DNA of 64,000 nucleotides from Patescibacteria group bacterium (GTDB taxonomy: Bacteria; Patescibacteriota; Minisyncoccia; Phycocordibacterales; Phycocordibacteraceae): positions 12,623 through 76,622 of the forward strand of contig JAIETW010000001.1 in the NCBI GenBank assembly GCA_019744845.1. The letters are read 5' to 3'. A model generated the notes under the pieces. That model had not been told where the DNA came from and did not search any database. It worked only from the letters and a program-made list of their open reading frames with translations. The translations under genes were made by a program, and so were the position numbers. Below are positions 29,572 to 38,247 of the stretch, one piece after another; the first letter of the stretch is position 1, and the number at the start of each line of letters is the position of its first letter.

Positions 29572-30347
29572 ACAAAGACGGGCGAAGCATTGTGCCGCCA
29601 GTGAAGAATCACACGGCAAGCAAGGAGGAGCATCATGAGCGCATGCAGGAAGCGCTTCTTCACGCCGTAAAGAAAGGGAAGGACGAGGTCACAGAAGAAT
29701 ACAAGCCACTTGTCTGTAAGCCTCGCCAGCTTGAGTCCTGGCGCATCTTTAAGATCATGTCCGAGTTCGTGGAAGGATTTGAGATCCTTGCGAAGTACGG
29801 TCTTGCCGCAAGCTTCTTTGGAAGCGCACGTGCCGGCTTTGGGGACGCGATTTCACAAGCAGCGACTGATCTTGCAGGAAAACTTGCGAAGCGTGGGTTT
29901 GCCATCATCACTGGAGGCTCAAGCGGCATCATGGAGGCAGCTAACAAAGGCGCCTTTGAAGCAGGAGGGGCCTCAGTAGGTCTCAACATTCGTTTGTCAG
30001 ACAACCAAGGATTGAATGACTACCTTACGGACTCCATGACCTTTGATCACTTCTTTGTGCGTAAGACCATGCTCTCCTTTGCCTCGGAGGTGTACATCTT
30101 CTTCCCGGGAGGATACGGCACGCTTGATGAATTCTTTGAGATTGCAACTCTCGTGCAAACAAAGAAGATTAATAAGATCCCGATTGTCCTCTACGGTGCC
30201 GAGTATTGGGGTCCAATCACCAAACAGTTTGAGGAGCAGCTTCTAAAGAAGTATGGGGCGATTAGTCCTGAAGATCTAGATATATACACTGTCGTAGACT
30301 CAGTAGACGAGGCGTTTGACTACATCGTTGAAAACGTAAAGTGTTGA
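29559..30347 (+). CDS. LOG family nucleotide phosphoribohydrolase
   Basis: FFGSAR, TGG..GIMEAAN, PGGYGTLDE. Confidence 0.92.
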   Translation: MDELNKDGRSIVPPVKNHTASKEEHHERMQEALLHAVKKGKDEVTEEYKPLVCKPRQLESWRIFKIMSEFVEGFEILAKYGLAASFFGSARAGFGDAISQAATDLAGKLAKRGFAIITGGSSGIMEAANKGAFEAGGASVGLNIRLSDNQGLNDYLTDSMTFDHFFVRKTMLSFASEVYIFFPGGYGTLDEFFEIATLVQTKKINKIPIVLYGAEYWGPITKQFEEQLLKKYGAISPEDLDIYTVVDSVDEAFDYIVENVKC

Positions 30348-30348
30348 T

Positions 30349-31164
30349 ATGAGCGGACAGGAGCAAAACGGAGGGGCTCCAAAAAAAGAACGGAAGACCA
30401 CTCCCGAGTATGCTCCGAAGGACATCACCGAACTTCTGTTCTGGTCCTTCCATATGTCGCAGGGGAGTGGGCTTAATCTTGAGGCGCCGACTCTGGTGCA
30501 CGCACGAATATTCCCCGCGCTCTTTGCGCTTAATCCTAAGCTCCCCGCAGCGATACGGCAGTGGATGAAAGTGAATAAGTGGGACAATGAACTTCTTTCT
30601 CGTGATTTTCAGGATGAGGATTGGACAGATGACTCTCGTTTGATAAACGATCGGATTGTAGAGGAGTATGTGCAGCGAGTGTACAACTACCGAGAGAATC
30701 CTGTGGCACATGCGCAGGGAAACCTAGATATGGAAGTAGATCATCGTGCAGAGGCGTATAAAGCACTTCAGGCACTCTTGAAGGCAGCAAGGGATTTTAG
30801 TCCACAGAGTGGAGAGCGAGATATTCAAATTAAGAATCTGGCACCTCTGATCATCCACCGGGATATTGAACTTCTTGAGCAGATAGAGATGCCTGATCCT
30901 TTGTCTATCGTGCAGGGGACAGAAGGGAATAGACTGAGGCAACTCAAGGGATATTCCATGTTCTGCTTGCTCGCACTTTCTGAGAAGAGGGAAGAGGTGC
31001 GAGGGTTTTTACCTCCTGAGTATCAGGAGCTTTGGGAAGAGATGGGAACGTATGTCCGGGAGCAGTATGACGCTCTTCCAGAGGGAGTGAAAGACAAGCT
31101 TGTGCTCCTTACACAGAAGTTCAAGGAAACCACAGGAGAGGAGATTGTGCTTGAGGCAAAGTAG
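30349..31164 (+). CDS. Hypothetical protein
   Basis: 271 aa helical-looking ORF, 1 nt after the LOG gene. Confidence 0.7.
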   Translation: MSGQEQNGGAPKKERKTTPEYAPKDITELLFWSFHMSQGSGLNLEAPTLVHARIFPALFALNPKLPAAIRQWMKVNKWDNELLSRDFQDEDWTDDSRLINDRIVEEYVQRVYNYRENPVAHAQGNLDMEVDHRAEAYKALQALLKAARDFSPQSGERDIQIKNLAPLIIHRDIELLEQIEMPDPLSIVQGTEGNRLRQLKGYSMFCLLALSEKREEVRGFLPPEYQELWEEMGTYVREQYDALPEGVKDKLVLLTQKFKETTGEEIVLEAK

Positions 31165-31181
31165 ACGTACCCTATACCCAT

Positions 31182-31346
31182 ATGGCACGAGATCTTGCAC
31201 TGGTCATACTTGTAATTGTCGCGCTCTTTGTACTCTTGGGACAGATGTTTCCAGGAGCAACCGTAGAAGAGCTACCAGGAAAGATATGGGAGGGCGTACA
31301 GGGTCCTCCAGAGGATGATCAGGCAACGTCTACAGAAACTAACTAA
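31182..31346 (+). CDS. Small single-TM protein (54 aa, not in the ORF track)
   Basis: Manual translation MARDLALVILVIVALFVLLGQMFPGATVEELPGKIWEG…; fills the gap. Confidence 0.6.
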   Translation: MARDLALVILVIVALFVLLGQMFPGATVEELPGKIWEGVQGPPEDDQATSTETN

Positions 31347-31352
31347 TACACC

Positions 31353-31784
31353 ATGAGTGAATCAGCAGGGAACAATCTTGGATTGAGTTCAGAGGTCGTG
31401 AAGAATGTGTTTGAGGGGCAGGTGTCTGGTGCGCAGGCACAGATACTTCAGAATGCTGAGATAGAGCGATCCAGACTCCCCGTGCCGCAAGACGAAGACG
31501 CCATGAAGGCCTTTACCGTAGAAGTGGAATCAACAGTGTTTGATCATGATCGTGGTCTTGCGGCGTTTGTGATAAGAAAGTTTTCAAGCGGCATGAATGG
31601 CAGCACAAGTGCTGCCGATCTTGTAGAAGAGCATACGGTATATCTAATAGGAAAGGATGGTGCTCCACCGCGCGCAGTTAAATCCATACGAACCCATTTC
31701 TTTCCACGAGGAAGAAAGTCTCTCGTCGTCACTGGTATAGATGAGAAGGGGGAACCAGTTCTCAAAGAGACGGATAAAGTCTAA
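31353..31784 (+). CDS. Hypothetical protein
   Basis: 143 aa ORF. Confidence 0.65.
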   Translation: MSESAGNNLGLSSEVVKNVFEGQVSGAQAQILQNAEIERSRLPVPQDEDAMKAFTVEVESTVFDHDRGLAAFVIRKFSSGMNGSTSAADLVEEHTVYLIGKDGAPPRAVKSIRTHFFPRGRKSLVVTGIDEKGEPVLKETDKV

Positions 31785-31894
31785 TGACGTTCTACAGGAC
31801 CTTCGCGCTTCTCGTCATTGCAATTACGTTAGGGTATTTCTTTTGGGAGGAGATTCTTGCAGCGTTTGCGCAGATCTTGAGCTTCACTACGTAG
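31784..31894 (+). CDS. Small hydrophobic protein (36 aa, not in the ORF track)
   Basis: MTFYRTFALLVIAITLGYFFWEEILAAFAQILSFTT; TAATG coupling to the upstream gene. Confidence 0.55.
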   Translation: MTFYRTFALLVIAITLGYFFWEEILAAFAQILSFTT

Positions 31895-31910
31895 TGGTAC
31901 ACTTTCTTGT

Positions 31911-32240
31911 ATGAGTGAAAACGCACCCCTTGGGTCTATAGATAAGCTGACAAAAGACATCATTGAAAACACTGTCATAGAGTGGATGAACAAGTATGCG
32001 CTTACTGACAGTAACCTCGCGATACAGAACTATGATGATCCTGAGCAGATCAAGACGTGGGTGAGGGGAGTGTGGGGAAGGATTAAGCACCAGCTAGATG
32101 ACTCAGGCTTTCCGACAGGAGGAAAGAACATCATGAGCATTGCGGGGTACTACTTCCACGATCAGATTAAAGGTCATCCGCGGTATGAGGCACTGAAGCC
32201 ACATCTGCCTCAGGAGGTGCTTTTGTATGATGGGCTATAA
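31911..32240 (+). CDS. Hypothetical protein
   Basis: 109 aa ORF; TGgTACACT 7 nt before the ATG. Confidence 0.65.
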   Translation: MSENAPLGSIDKLTKDIIENTVIEWMNKYALTDSNLAIQNYDDPEQIKTWVRGVWGRIKHQLDDSGFPTGGKNIMSIAGYYFHDQIKGHPRYEALKPHLPQEVLLYDGL

Positions 32241-32474
32241 GAAAAGAGTGGGGGAGTCACCTTTCTTTATTAACTAAGGATAGTGTATTTAAAATTACCC
32301 GGTCTTCCCTTCAGGGCAGGGAATCCCTTCTCTCTTGTCGTATCACAGGAAGGTTACTTACCAGTTTATAAAGAAACATATCTACCAAAAGTTCTTTCGC
32401 GGTGGGTCGTTAGGGAAGGATAGGTCGTGTTCTAATTCTTCATGGTTCCTAGGCATCCCGGTAGAACGAGCTAC

Positions 32475-32502
32475 ACTTCGCACAATATATCTTTTGCGAA
32501 GT
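32475..32502. other. Putative dif (chromosome dimer resolution) site at the replication terminus
   Basis: ACTTCGCACAA-TATATC-TTTTGCGAAGT: 11-6-11 layout, arms 10/11 inverted; lies at the switch in gene orientation. Confidence 0.8.
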
Positions 32503-32524
32503 ACGCCTAGGGCAAAGCCGGAGC

Positions 32525-33583
32525 TTAGCGCGTCAACGTAAAGGCTGTTCCTCGTATTGGGAATGTCCCCTTCACCGCCGCATTCGTGTCTACAGAAGCG
32601 ACATCTAGCATTAGATTCTTCCCTGCGTACAAGCCACTATTCCGGCTTATAAGGGCTTTTATAGTGAATATGCGTATCTGACCAGGGCTCAAAGAGGCTT
32701 CTAGAGGCACATATGCCTTAGATCCTTTAAATGCCTTGAATCCTTCAGAGCCTCCTATGGTAGTTCTAGATCCTCCTTTGTCGTCATTAGTGCTAAATCC
32801 TATGATTACATCTGTAGACGCAGATCCATTCTGTATAAGCTCAAAACCTTTTATTTGAGCCATTTCCTTACTCGTGTTGACGAGTTTTATATAAGAAACT
32901 GGGATAGACGAGCCTGGGGTAGCGTTACCGCCCATAAGAAGCGGAACCTGGGAGATGGATACAGCACCCAAGGTCTTTGATGATCCTTTTTCCGGAACGG
33001 TAAAGCTCGCACTAGTGAGAGTATTCAGTTTACGACCTTCCTTCCCTGTCAGAGTTATATCGTAGGAGCCAGGGACCAACTTTTTTGTCACACTCGCCTT
33101 CCAGACGCCTTTTGTGACCTTTGCAGTCTTTTTGTAGACCTGGTCGCCCTCTTCGTCTTTTATAGTAACCGTCACTGACTTCGTATCTGCGGTACCACGA
33201 ATAGTGGGCTTCTCAGGCTTCTTAGTGATGGAAGCAAGATCAATACTTGCCGTGCGAGAGATGAACGATACGCCACAAGTAGCACGATCATTGTTCCAGA
33301 TGAAATCGTATGAGTATGATACGGACTGATTTGTGGGAACGGTAACCATTCCGAATACCGGCACGACGTTTCCATTTTTATCAGTGGCACGTTGTGCGTT
33401 CTGTCCATTCCACATGAACATAACAACTTCGTCTTTCTGCAAAGTCACTTCCTGTGCGGGGGTGGTAATTTCTACTGTCCCACGCGGCGTGAAGACGGTG
33501 ATCATGCATGATGGCGTTGCGGCTGACGCGCTAAATGGTGCGAGAAGAAGCACTGACGCAAATGCGAATAGAGAAAGTTTCAT
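32525..33583 (-). CDS. Secreted or surface protein with probable Ig-like beta domains
   Basis: Signal peptide MKLSLFAFASVLLLAPFSASA; KPTIRGTA…GVWKASV…LVPGSYDITL. Confidence 0.7.
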   Translation of the reverse strand: MKLSLFAFASVLLLAPFSASAATPSCMITVFTPRGTVEITTPAQEVTLQKDEVVMFMWNGQNAQRATDKNGNVVPVFGMVTVPTNQSVSYSYDFIWNNDRATCGVSFISRTASIDLASITKKPEKPTIRGTADTKSVTVTIKDEEGDQVYKKTAKVTKGVWKASVTKKLVPGSYDITLTGKEGRKLNTLTSASFTVPEKGSSKTLGAVSISQVPLLMGGNATPGSSIPVSYIKLVNTSKEMAQIKGFELIQNGSASTDVIIGFSTNDDKGGSRTTIGGSEGFKAFKGSKAYVPLEASLSPGQIRIFTIKALISRNSGLYAGKNLMLDVASVDTNAAVKGTFPIRGTAFTLTR

Positions 33584-33635
33584 AGGAGTAAGTATACGTG
33601 AGTGATAAATGGTCGCTTCATGAAGGAATGAAAAC

Positions 33636-33662
33636 AAAAACTCCCGATACGTTCGGGAGTTT
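33636..33662 (-). terminator. Intrinsic terminator
   Basis: aaaaactcccga-tacgt-tcgggagttt. Confidence 0.75.
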
Positions 33663-33679
33663 AAGCAGTTCCAAAAACG

Positions 33680-33916
33680 TTAGGTACCAGGAACGTCGTC
33701 GCCAATGATCGCTGAATCATCAGCTCCGCTCACCAACATCACGCCACTGCGGACGTGGAGGTTTGGCGCCGTTTTAAGCGCCTGATCGGCATTCGTTGCA
33801 TCAGTGGTCATCACTTCGCCCGCTACGTTCACATAGGCATACATTGCGGCGTAGGTAGCTGCGGGTAGTGCGACTACCGATGCTGCTACGAACGCTCCAA
33901 GAATCAGTGTTTTCAT
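33680..33916 (-). CDS. Small secreted protein
   Basis: Signal peptide ending ATYA; followed by a terminator. Confidence 0.7.
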   Translation of the reverse strand: MKTLILGAFVAASVVALPAATYAAMYAYVNVAGEVMTTDATNADQALKTAPNLHVRSGVMLVSGADDSAIIGDDVPGT

Positions 33917-33998
33917 ATCGTTACATGAATTTCGGCTTATAAGGAGGTGCTCCAGTAGCTACCATACCTTAAAGCTCATGAGAACTAGATGAAGAGAT

Positions 33999-34256
33999 TC
34001 ATGAACCCTGAGCCTCTCCAAGGTGTCGGGTGAAGTGCTTTTTGATGGTGGAATCTAGCGCTCGGTTGAACTCTATGGCGTGCTTTGGGGATAGGACTAC
34101 CTCTGCAACGAGTTGGCCCTGGGTTGTATTGGGACGGACAAAGGCAAATTGCATCACGACAGAATCATCTGATACATTCACTTGCGCCACATTAGAAAAG
34201 TTTGGGCGAGCATCTTCAGGAATGCGGATGACAACTTTTTTCTTTTCCTCGTCCAT
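33999..34256 (-). CDS. Small protein, DUF3467-like
   Basis: FSNVAQV…VMQFAF…VVLSPKHA pattern. Confidence 0.65.
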   Translation of the reverse strand: MDEEKKKVVIRIPEDARPNFSNVAQVNVSDDSVVMQFAFVRPNTTQGQLVAEVVLSPKHAIEFNRALDSTIKKHFTRHLGEAQGS

Positions 34257-34259
34257 GTA

Positions 34260-34454
34260 TTACCAGAGATTACGAATAGAGTCCCAAAGATCTTCAGCCC
34301 ACGCGGAGATGATGTCCCATCCGGCATTCAACATCTGGGTAAGGAAGGAAACGTTATCCTGGTTGGTAGGACTGTCTACAAGTCCACGAAGAGAAATGCC
34401 AAAAAAGGAGAGGGCGAGAAGACCCACAATGATCCAAATGATGAGACGTGTCAT
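34260..34454 (-). CDS. Small membrane protein
   Basis: N-terminal TM (LSFFGISLR) and amphipathic C-terminus; TATAAT 6 nt before the ATG. Confidence 0.7.
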   Translation of the reverse strand: MTRLIIWIIVGLLALSFFGISLRGLVDSPTNQDNVSFLTQMLNAGWDIISAWAEDLWDSIRNLW

Positions 34455-34516
34455 GAAGGGATTATAGCCGTCCTTGGGGGTGGCGGGAAGGTGCCTCTGG
34501 GTATAGCCTAGAGCCT

Positions 34517-35146
34517 ATGGACCCACAGGTGACCGCGGCATTCAAACACTGGAAGGAGAGTGACCCCGTCCTGTATAAGGCAGCACTTCCCTTCAGATCT
34601 AGTCTTGCCGAGAAACGAAAACGTCGTGTGGGAAACTCTACTCTTTTTTCTGCGCTCGCAAGCTCAGTGGTAAGTCAGCAGCTTGCAACCAAAGCAGCCG
34701 ATAGTATTTGGGAGCGTGTCCGAAAGACCTGCGGCGGGAAAGTAACCCCAGAGACTATTTCAAAGACCCGACTCCCCCGTTTACGTGCCGCCGGTCTTTC
34801 TGCCGCAAAAGCAAAGACACTGAAAGAACTTGCGAAGGCAGTGAAGAATGGATTGGATCTTTCAACACTTGCGCGTGCGACGAAAGAAGACGCGACCGAG
34901 CGTCTTACGGTGATTTGGGGTATTGGTCCCTGGACCTGCGAAATGTTCTTGATGTTTGCGGCAGGACACCCCGACATCTTTTCTCCACGAGACCTTGGAC
35001 TCGTACGAAGTATGGAAACACTCTATGGACTCAAGCGTGGAACTTCTGTGAAAAAACTAGAAATGATCTCACTCAAGTGGTCACCGTATCGCACACTCGC
35101 CTGCCGTGTACTCTGGCGAAGCCGAGATTCACTTAAGAACAATTAG
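34517..35146 (+). CDS. alkA: DNA-3-methyladenine glycosylase II (AlkA family)
   Basis: SQQL, GLSAAK, GIGPWT (HhH), DLG, WSPYRT. Confidence 0.88.
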   Translation: MDPQVTAAFKHWKESDPVLYKAALPFRSSLAEKRKRRVGNSTLFSALASSVVSQQLATKAADSIWERVRKTCGGKVTPETISKTRLPRLRAAGLSAAKAKTLKELAKAVKNGLDLSTLARATKEDATERLTVIWGIGPWTCEMFLMFAAGHPDIFSPRDLGLVRSMETLYGLKRGTSVKKLEMISLKWSPYRTLACRVLWRSRDSLKNN

Positions 35147-35551
35147 CACGGTCCCAATCACGGTGAGTACGACACCGAGCATACTCTTCCAGGTAAGAGC
35201 TTCTCCAAGAAATATCGCTGCAGCGATAATGACTATGACGACACTGAGTTTATCTATCACTGCCACTGCACCGGCAGGTCCGGCCTTAAGTGCCATGAAG
35301 TAAAGAATCCAGGAGGCTGCACCGGCAAGTGCGGCAAGTACGATAAACAACCATGCCTTTCCACCCCATGAGGCTGGATCAAACCCATTCCACTTTCCAA
35401 ACAAGAAACCAGAGATGACCAATATCACGGCCATGATCACACCGCGGACGATCGTCGCAAGTGTCGGATCTATCTCCTTAAGACCTATCTTTCCAAAGAT
35501 CGCGACAAAGGCAGCGGCAACTGCCGATCCCGCAGCAAGAAGCATCCACAT
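35129..35551 (-). CDS. EamA-like small transporter (single repeat)
   Basis: AIFGKIGL, YFMALKAG, IDKLSV, FLGE. Confidence 0.85.
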   Translation of the reverse strand: MWMLLAAGSAVAAAFVAIFGKIGLKEIDPTLATIVRGVIMAVILVISGFLFGKWNGFDPASWGGKAWLFIVLAALAGAASWILYFMALKAGPAGAVAVIDKLSVVIVIIAAAIFLGEALTWKSMLGVVLTVIGTVLIVLK

Positions 35552-35552
35552 A

Positions 35553-36017
35553 CTAGGCGTTCAAAAGATAAACGGTGTAATTAAGATACGCAGCGTAGAA
35601 CACCCATACGGTGTATGGAAGAAGCAGCAATGCAGCTTTCTTAGACTTTGGGAATATAAGTGCTATGAGACCAAGCATAGAGATACCAAGCACTACCGCG
35701 CACCACACGGCCGCAGGAAGTACATGCAAGTGAAAGAACACGACACTCCAGACGAGGTTAATGAGTGTGCTCAAGGTAAACCCGCCCATGATCCACTTAA
35801 AGCGCGCATCGCGTGGCATGGTATTCCAGACCACAAGGAGTGACCAGGCGGCACCGATATAGATCGCAATCCAGATTGCGCCGATGAGTGTTTCAGACGG
35901 ATGCCACACTGGGAGCGCGAGCGTCTGATACCACGCAACACCACCACCAGTAATGACGCTTCCAAAAATCACGATCAGGAGCGCGAGATACGGAATCAAA
36001 AGATGGTTTATTTTCAT
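35553..36017 (-). CDS. TspO/MBR family tryptophan-rich sensory protein
   Basis: WYQTL..PVWHP, NLVWSVVFF, LLPYTVW. Confidence 0.85.
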   Translation of the reverse strand: MKINHLLIPYLALLIVIFGSVITGGGVAWYQTLALPVWHPSETLIGAIWIAIYIGAAWSLLVVWNTMPRDARFKWIMGGFTLSTLINLVWSVVFFHLHVLPAAVWCAVVLGISMLGLIALIFPKSKKAALLLLPYTVWVFYAAYLNYTVYLLNA

Positions 36018-36418
36018 GCAGAAAGATCGTCAGTAGTGACTCCATCAAAGTGCTCCTCGTCCTGAAGAGCATCTTCTTTGGTTCTATGTATTGTCGCATC
36101 TTTATGGTGCGATGGGGCGTAGAGTGAGTAGAGTTTCAAGTCCCCTTTTCCTGTGTTCTTTATGTTGTGTCGTACTCCTGCAGGGATAATGACCACGGAA
36201 CCGTTCGTGAGATCTCGCTCCACTCCATCCAAAACACTTTGTCCCTCTCCTTGTTCAAGACGGATGAATTGATCCACGTCATGCACTTCTTCTCCAATGT
36301 CAGTTCCTTCAGGAATGCACATCACGACCAGTTGTGAGTGTTTGGCAGTGTAAAGCACCTGGCGAAAATTCGTATTCGCGAGAGTCGCTTCCTCTATGTT
36401 GGTGACGAAGCCTTTCAT
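36014..36418 (-). CDS. Cupin domain protein
   Basis: IGEEVH..DQF, IPAGVRHNIKN, LYSLYAP. Confidence 0.9.
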   Translation of the reverse strand: MKGFVTNIEEATLANTNFRQVLYTAKHSQLVVMCIPEGTDIGEEVHDVDQFIRLEQGEGQSVLDGVERDLTNGSVVIIPAGVRHNIKNTGKGDLKLYSLYAPSHHKDATIHRTKEDALQDEEHFDGVTTDDLSA

Positions 36419-36438
36419 ATGAGTGATGATACTCCTGT

Positions 36439-36906
36439 TCAGTTAAGAATCCAGATACTGTAGTTGAGAAACGCAGCAAAGCTCACCCAGAGAATGTACG
36501 GCACCATAAGAAGCGTGGCCACTTTGGATACCCGATAAAACGCCACCATCGTCGCCACAATAAGCACCCACAGAATCATAATGTTAAGAAACGCGAATCC
36601 TGGGCTCTGAAGCGCGAAGAAGAGAATGGACCATAGACTATTTGCAACCAACTGTGCACCAAAGAGTGTGAGTGCAGTGCGACGAAGGGCTCCACTCCCC
36701 TTCTTCCACACAAGAAAGGCCGCAATACCCATAAGGGTGTACAACAGTGTCCACACAGGACCAAACAACCAAGACGGAGGGTTAAACGAAGGCTTCGTAA
36801 GTTCCAAATACCACCCATCAACCGCGGGCATGACGAAGACGGATCCAATAATTCCTGCAAGCTGTGAGACGAGAATAAAACCAATTGCTTGAAGTGTGTT
36901 TTTCAT
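36439..36906 (-). CDS. TspO/MBR family tryptophan-rich sensory protein
   Basis: WYLEL.KPSFNPPSWLFGPVWTLLY, VPYILWVSFA. Confidence 0.93.
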   Translation of the reverse strand: MKNTLQAIGFILVSQLAGIIGSVFVMPAVDGWYLELTKPSFNPPSWLFGPVWTLLYTLMGIAAFLVWKKGSGALRRTALTLFGAQLVANSLWSILFFALQSPGFAFLNIMILWVLIVATMVAFYRVSKVATLLMVPYILWVSFAAFLNYSIWILN

Positions 36907-36909
36907 AGA

Positions 36910-38244
36910 TTAGAGATAGGACATAGGGTTAAGGTAGGCCTCACGTGGTGCGACTGGCATCTTCGCGTTCGCACAGGCACTCGTGGCTCCTCTGAACTGT
37001 GCAAGCGTCATCACCTGGACTGCTTCAGACGCATACACACCGAAGTGCAAGTGTGGCCCGGTGGCGTATCCAGTCATACCAGAGTAGCCAATCACCTGAC
37101 CTGTTGAGACCGACTGCCCTGCAGATACAGTAATAGATGATAGATGAGCGTAGAGTGTAGAGAGACCGTTTGCGTGCTTGATCAACACCCACTTACCGAA
37201 TGAGTAACAACCAGGAACCGCGTCGGTGTTACCCGTGTCTGTAATAGTTCCTGACAGTGCTGCCTGGAGTGCAGTTCCCGTTGGTGCACTGAAGTCCACT
37301 GCGTTATGTCCTGCACCATTGTAGATTTGAGGATTCGCCGTTGAGAACGCAGTGTTACCAAAGTACTGCGTGATGCAGTAGGCGTTTCCAAGCACGCTCG
37401 ACTTACTTGAGCAGTTACTCATATAGGTGGACGAGAATGGCCATGCAAGCACGCCAGATCCTGCAGACGGAATACGAGAGGAGTCCACGCTGCCGGTAAG
37501 CTGCTGTTCTAGACGATCCAGCTCTGACTCAAAGAGCGCCTGCTCTGCGCGCTTCTTTGCGATCAGTTCCTGATATGCGGCCTCCTCACTCTGTGTTTGT
37601 GAAAGAAGAGATTGTTTGCTTTGACGATTCACATCAAGCGCTTGCTTCTGCGTATTCAAATCTACCGACAGTGAAGAGAGATCTTTCTTGGTAGCACCCA
37701 CCTCTTCATGCTGGACGTTCAAGACCTGCTTGGTCTGTGAAAGTGCCTGCGCATGTGCCCGGAGTGCATCATTCACACTCCGTGCAGCATCCACCGACTC
37801 CCATGCATCTGAAAGATCAGTGGAGGAAAGAAGATACTCAAACGTAGAAAGGTCATCCATCTGTGCGATGGTCCGGAGCGACTGTGCGACGGTAGCACGA
37901 TCAATTGCAATCAATGTTTCCTTATCCGCAATTTCATACGCCAATTCTTGAAGCTTCAGGTTTGCTGACTCAATCTTGTTTTCGGTGGAGCGGATCTGGG
38001 ATGCAGTCTGTGAGCGAGACACGTCCAATGTCTTAATCGCAGACTGGAGCGTCTGCTTCTCTCCGGAGAGCACATTCAACTGTTTCTGATACTCCGCAAT
38101 CTCTGCATCAATCGCGGCACGACGACGATTGATGTCTTCTATTTGATCTTTGAGTTCTGCAGCGGACTGCGCAGTGGCACCAATTGGCATTGATGCCAGA
38201 AGTGCTAAGAAAAGAAATCCGTACACCAAAGAACGTGCGTTCAT
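36910..38244 (-). CDS. Coiled-coil M23 peptidoglycan peptidase
   Basis: Signal peptide, long coiled coil, HNAVD, YAHL, HLHF. Confidence 0.9.
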   Translation of the reverse strand: MNARSLVYGFLFLALLASMPIGATAQSAAELKDQIEDINRRRAAIDAEIAEYQKQLNVLSGEKQTLQSAIKTLDVSRSQTASQIRSTENKIESANLKLQELAYEIADKETLIAIDRATVAQSLRTIAQMDDLSTFEYLLSSTDLSDAWESVDAARSVNDALRAHAQALSQTKQVLNVQHEEVGATKKDLSSLSVDLNTQKQALDVNRQSKQSLLSQTQSEEAAYQELIAKKRAEQALFESELDRLEQQLTGSVDSSRIPSAGSGVLAWPFSSTYMSNCSSKSSVLGNAYCITQYFGNTAFSTANPQIYNGAGHNAVDFSAPTGTALQAALSGTITDTGNTDAVPGCYSFGKWVLIKHANGLSTLYAHLSSITVSAGQSVSTGQVIGYSGMTGYATGPHLHFGVYASEAVQVMTLAQFRGATSACANAKMPVAPREAYLNPMSYL

Positions 38245-38247
38245 TAG

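Noticed and set aside
32475-32502. The palindrome read as a terminator, a loxP site or a CRISPR repeat
   Set aside because: No U-tract, not the 13-8-13 loxP sequence, and single copy; the 11-6-11 layout and position fit dif better.
32335-32541. 68 aa ORF spanning the dif-like site
   Set aside because: TTG start, no upstream signal, and it overlaps the next gene's end; the region is better explained as non-coding.
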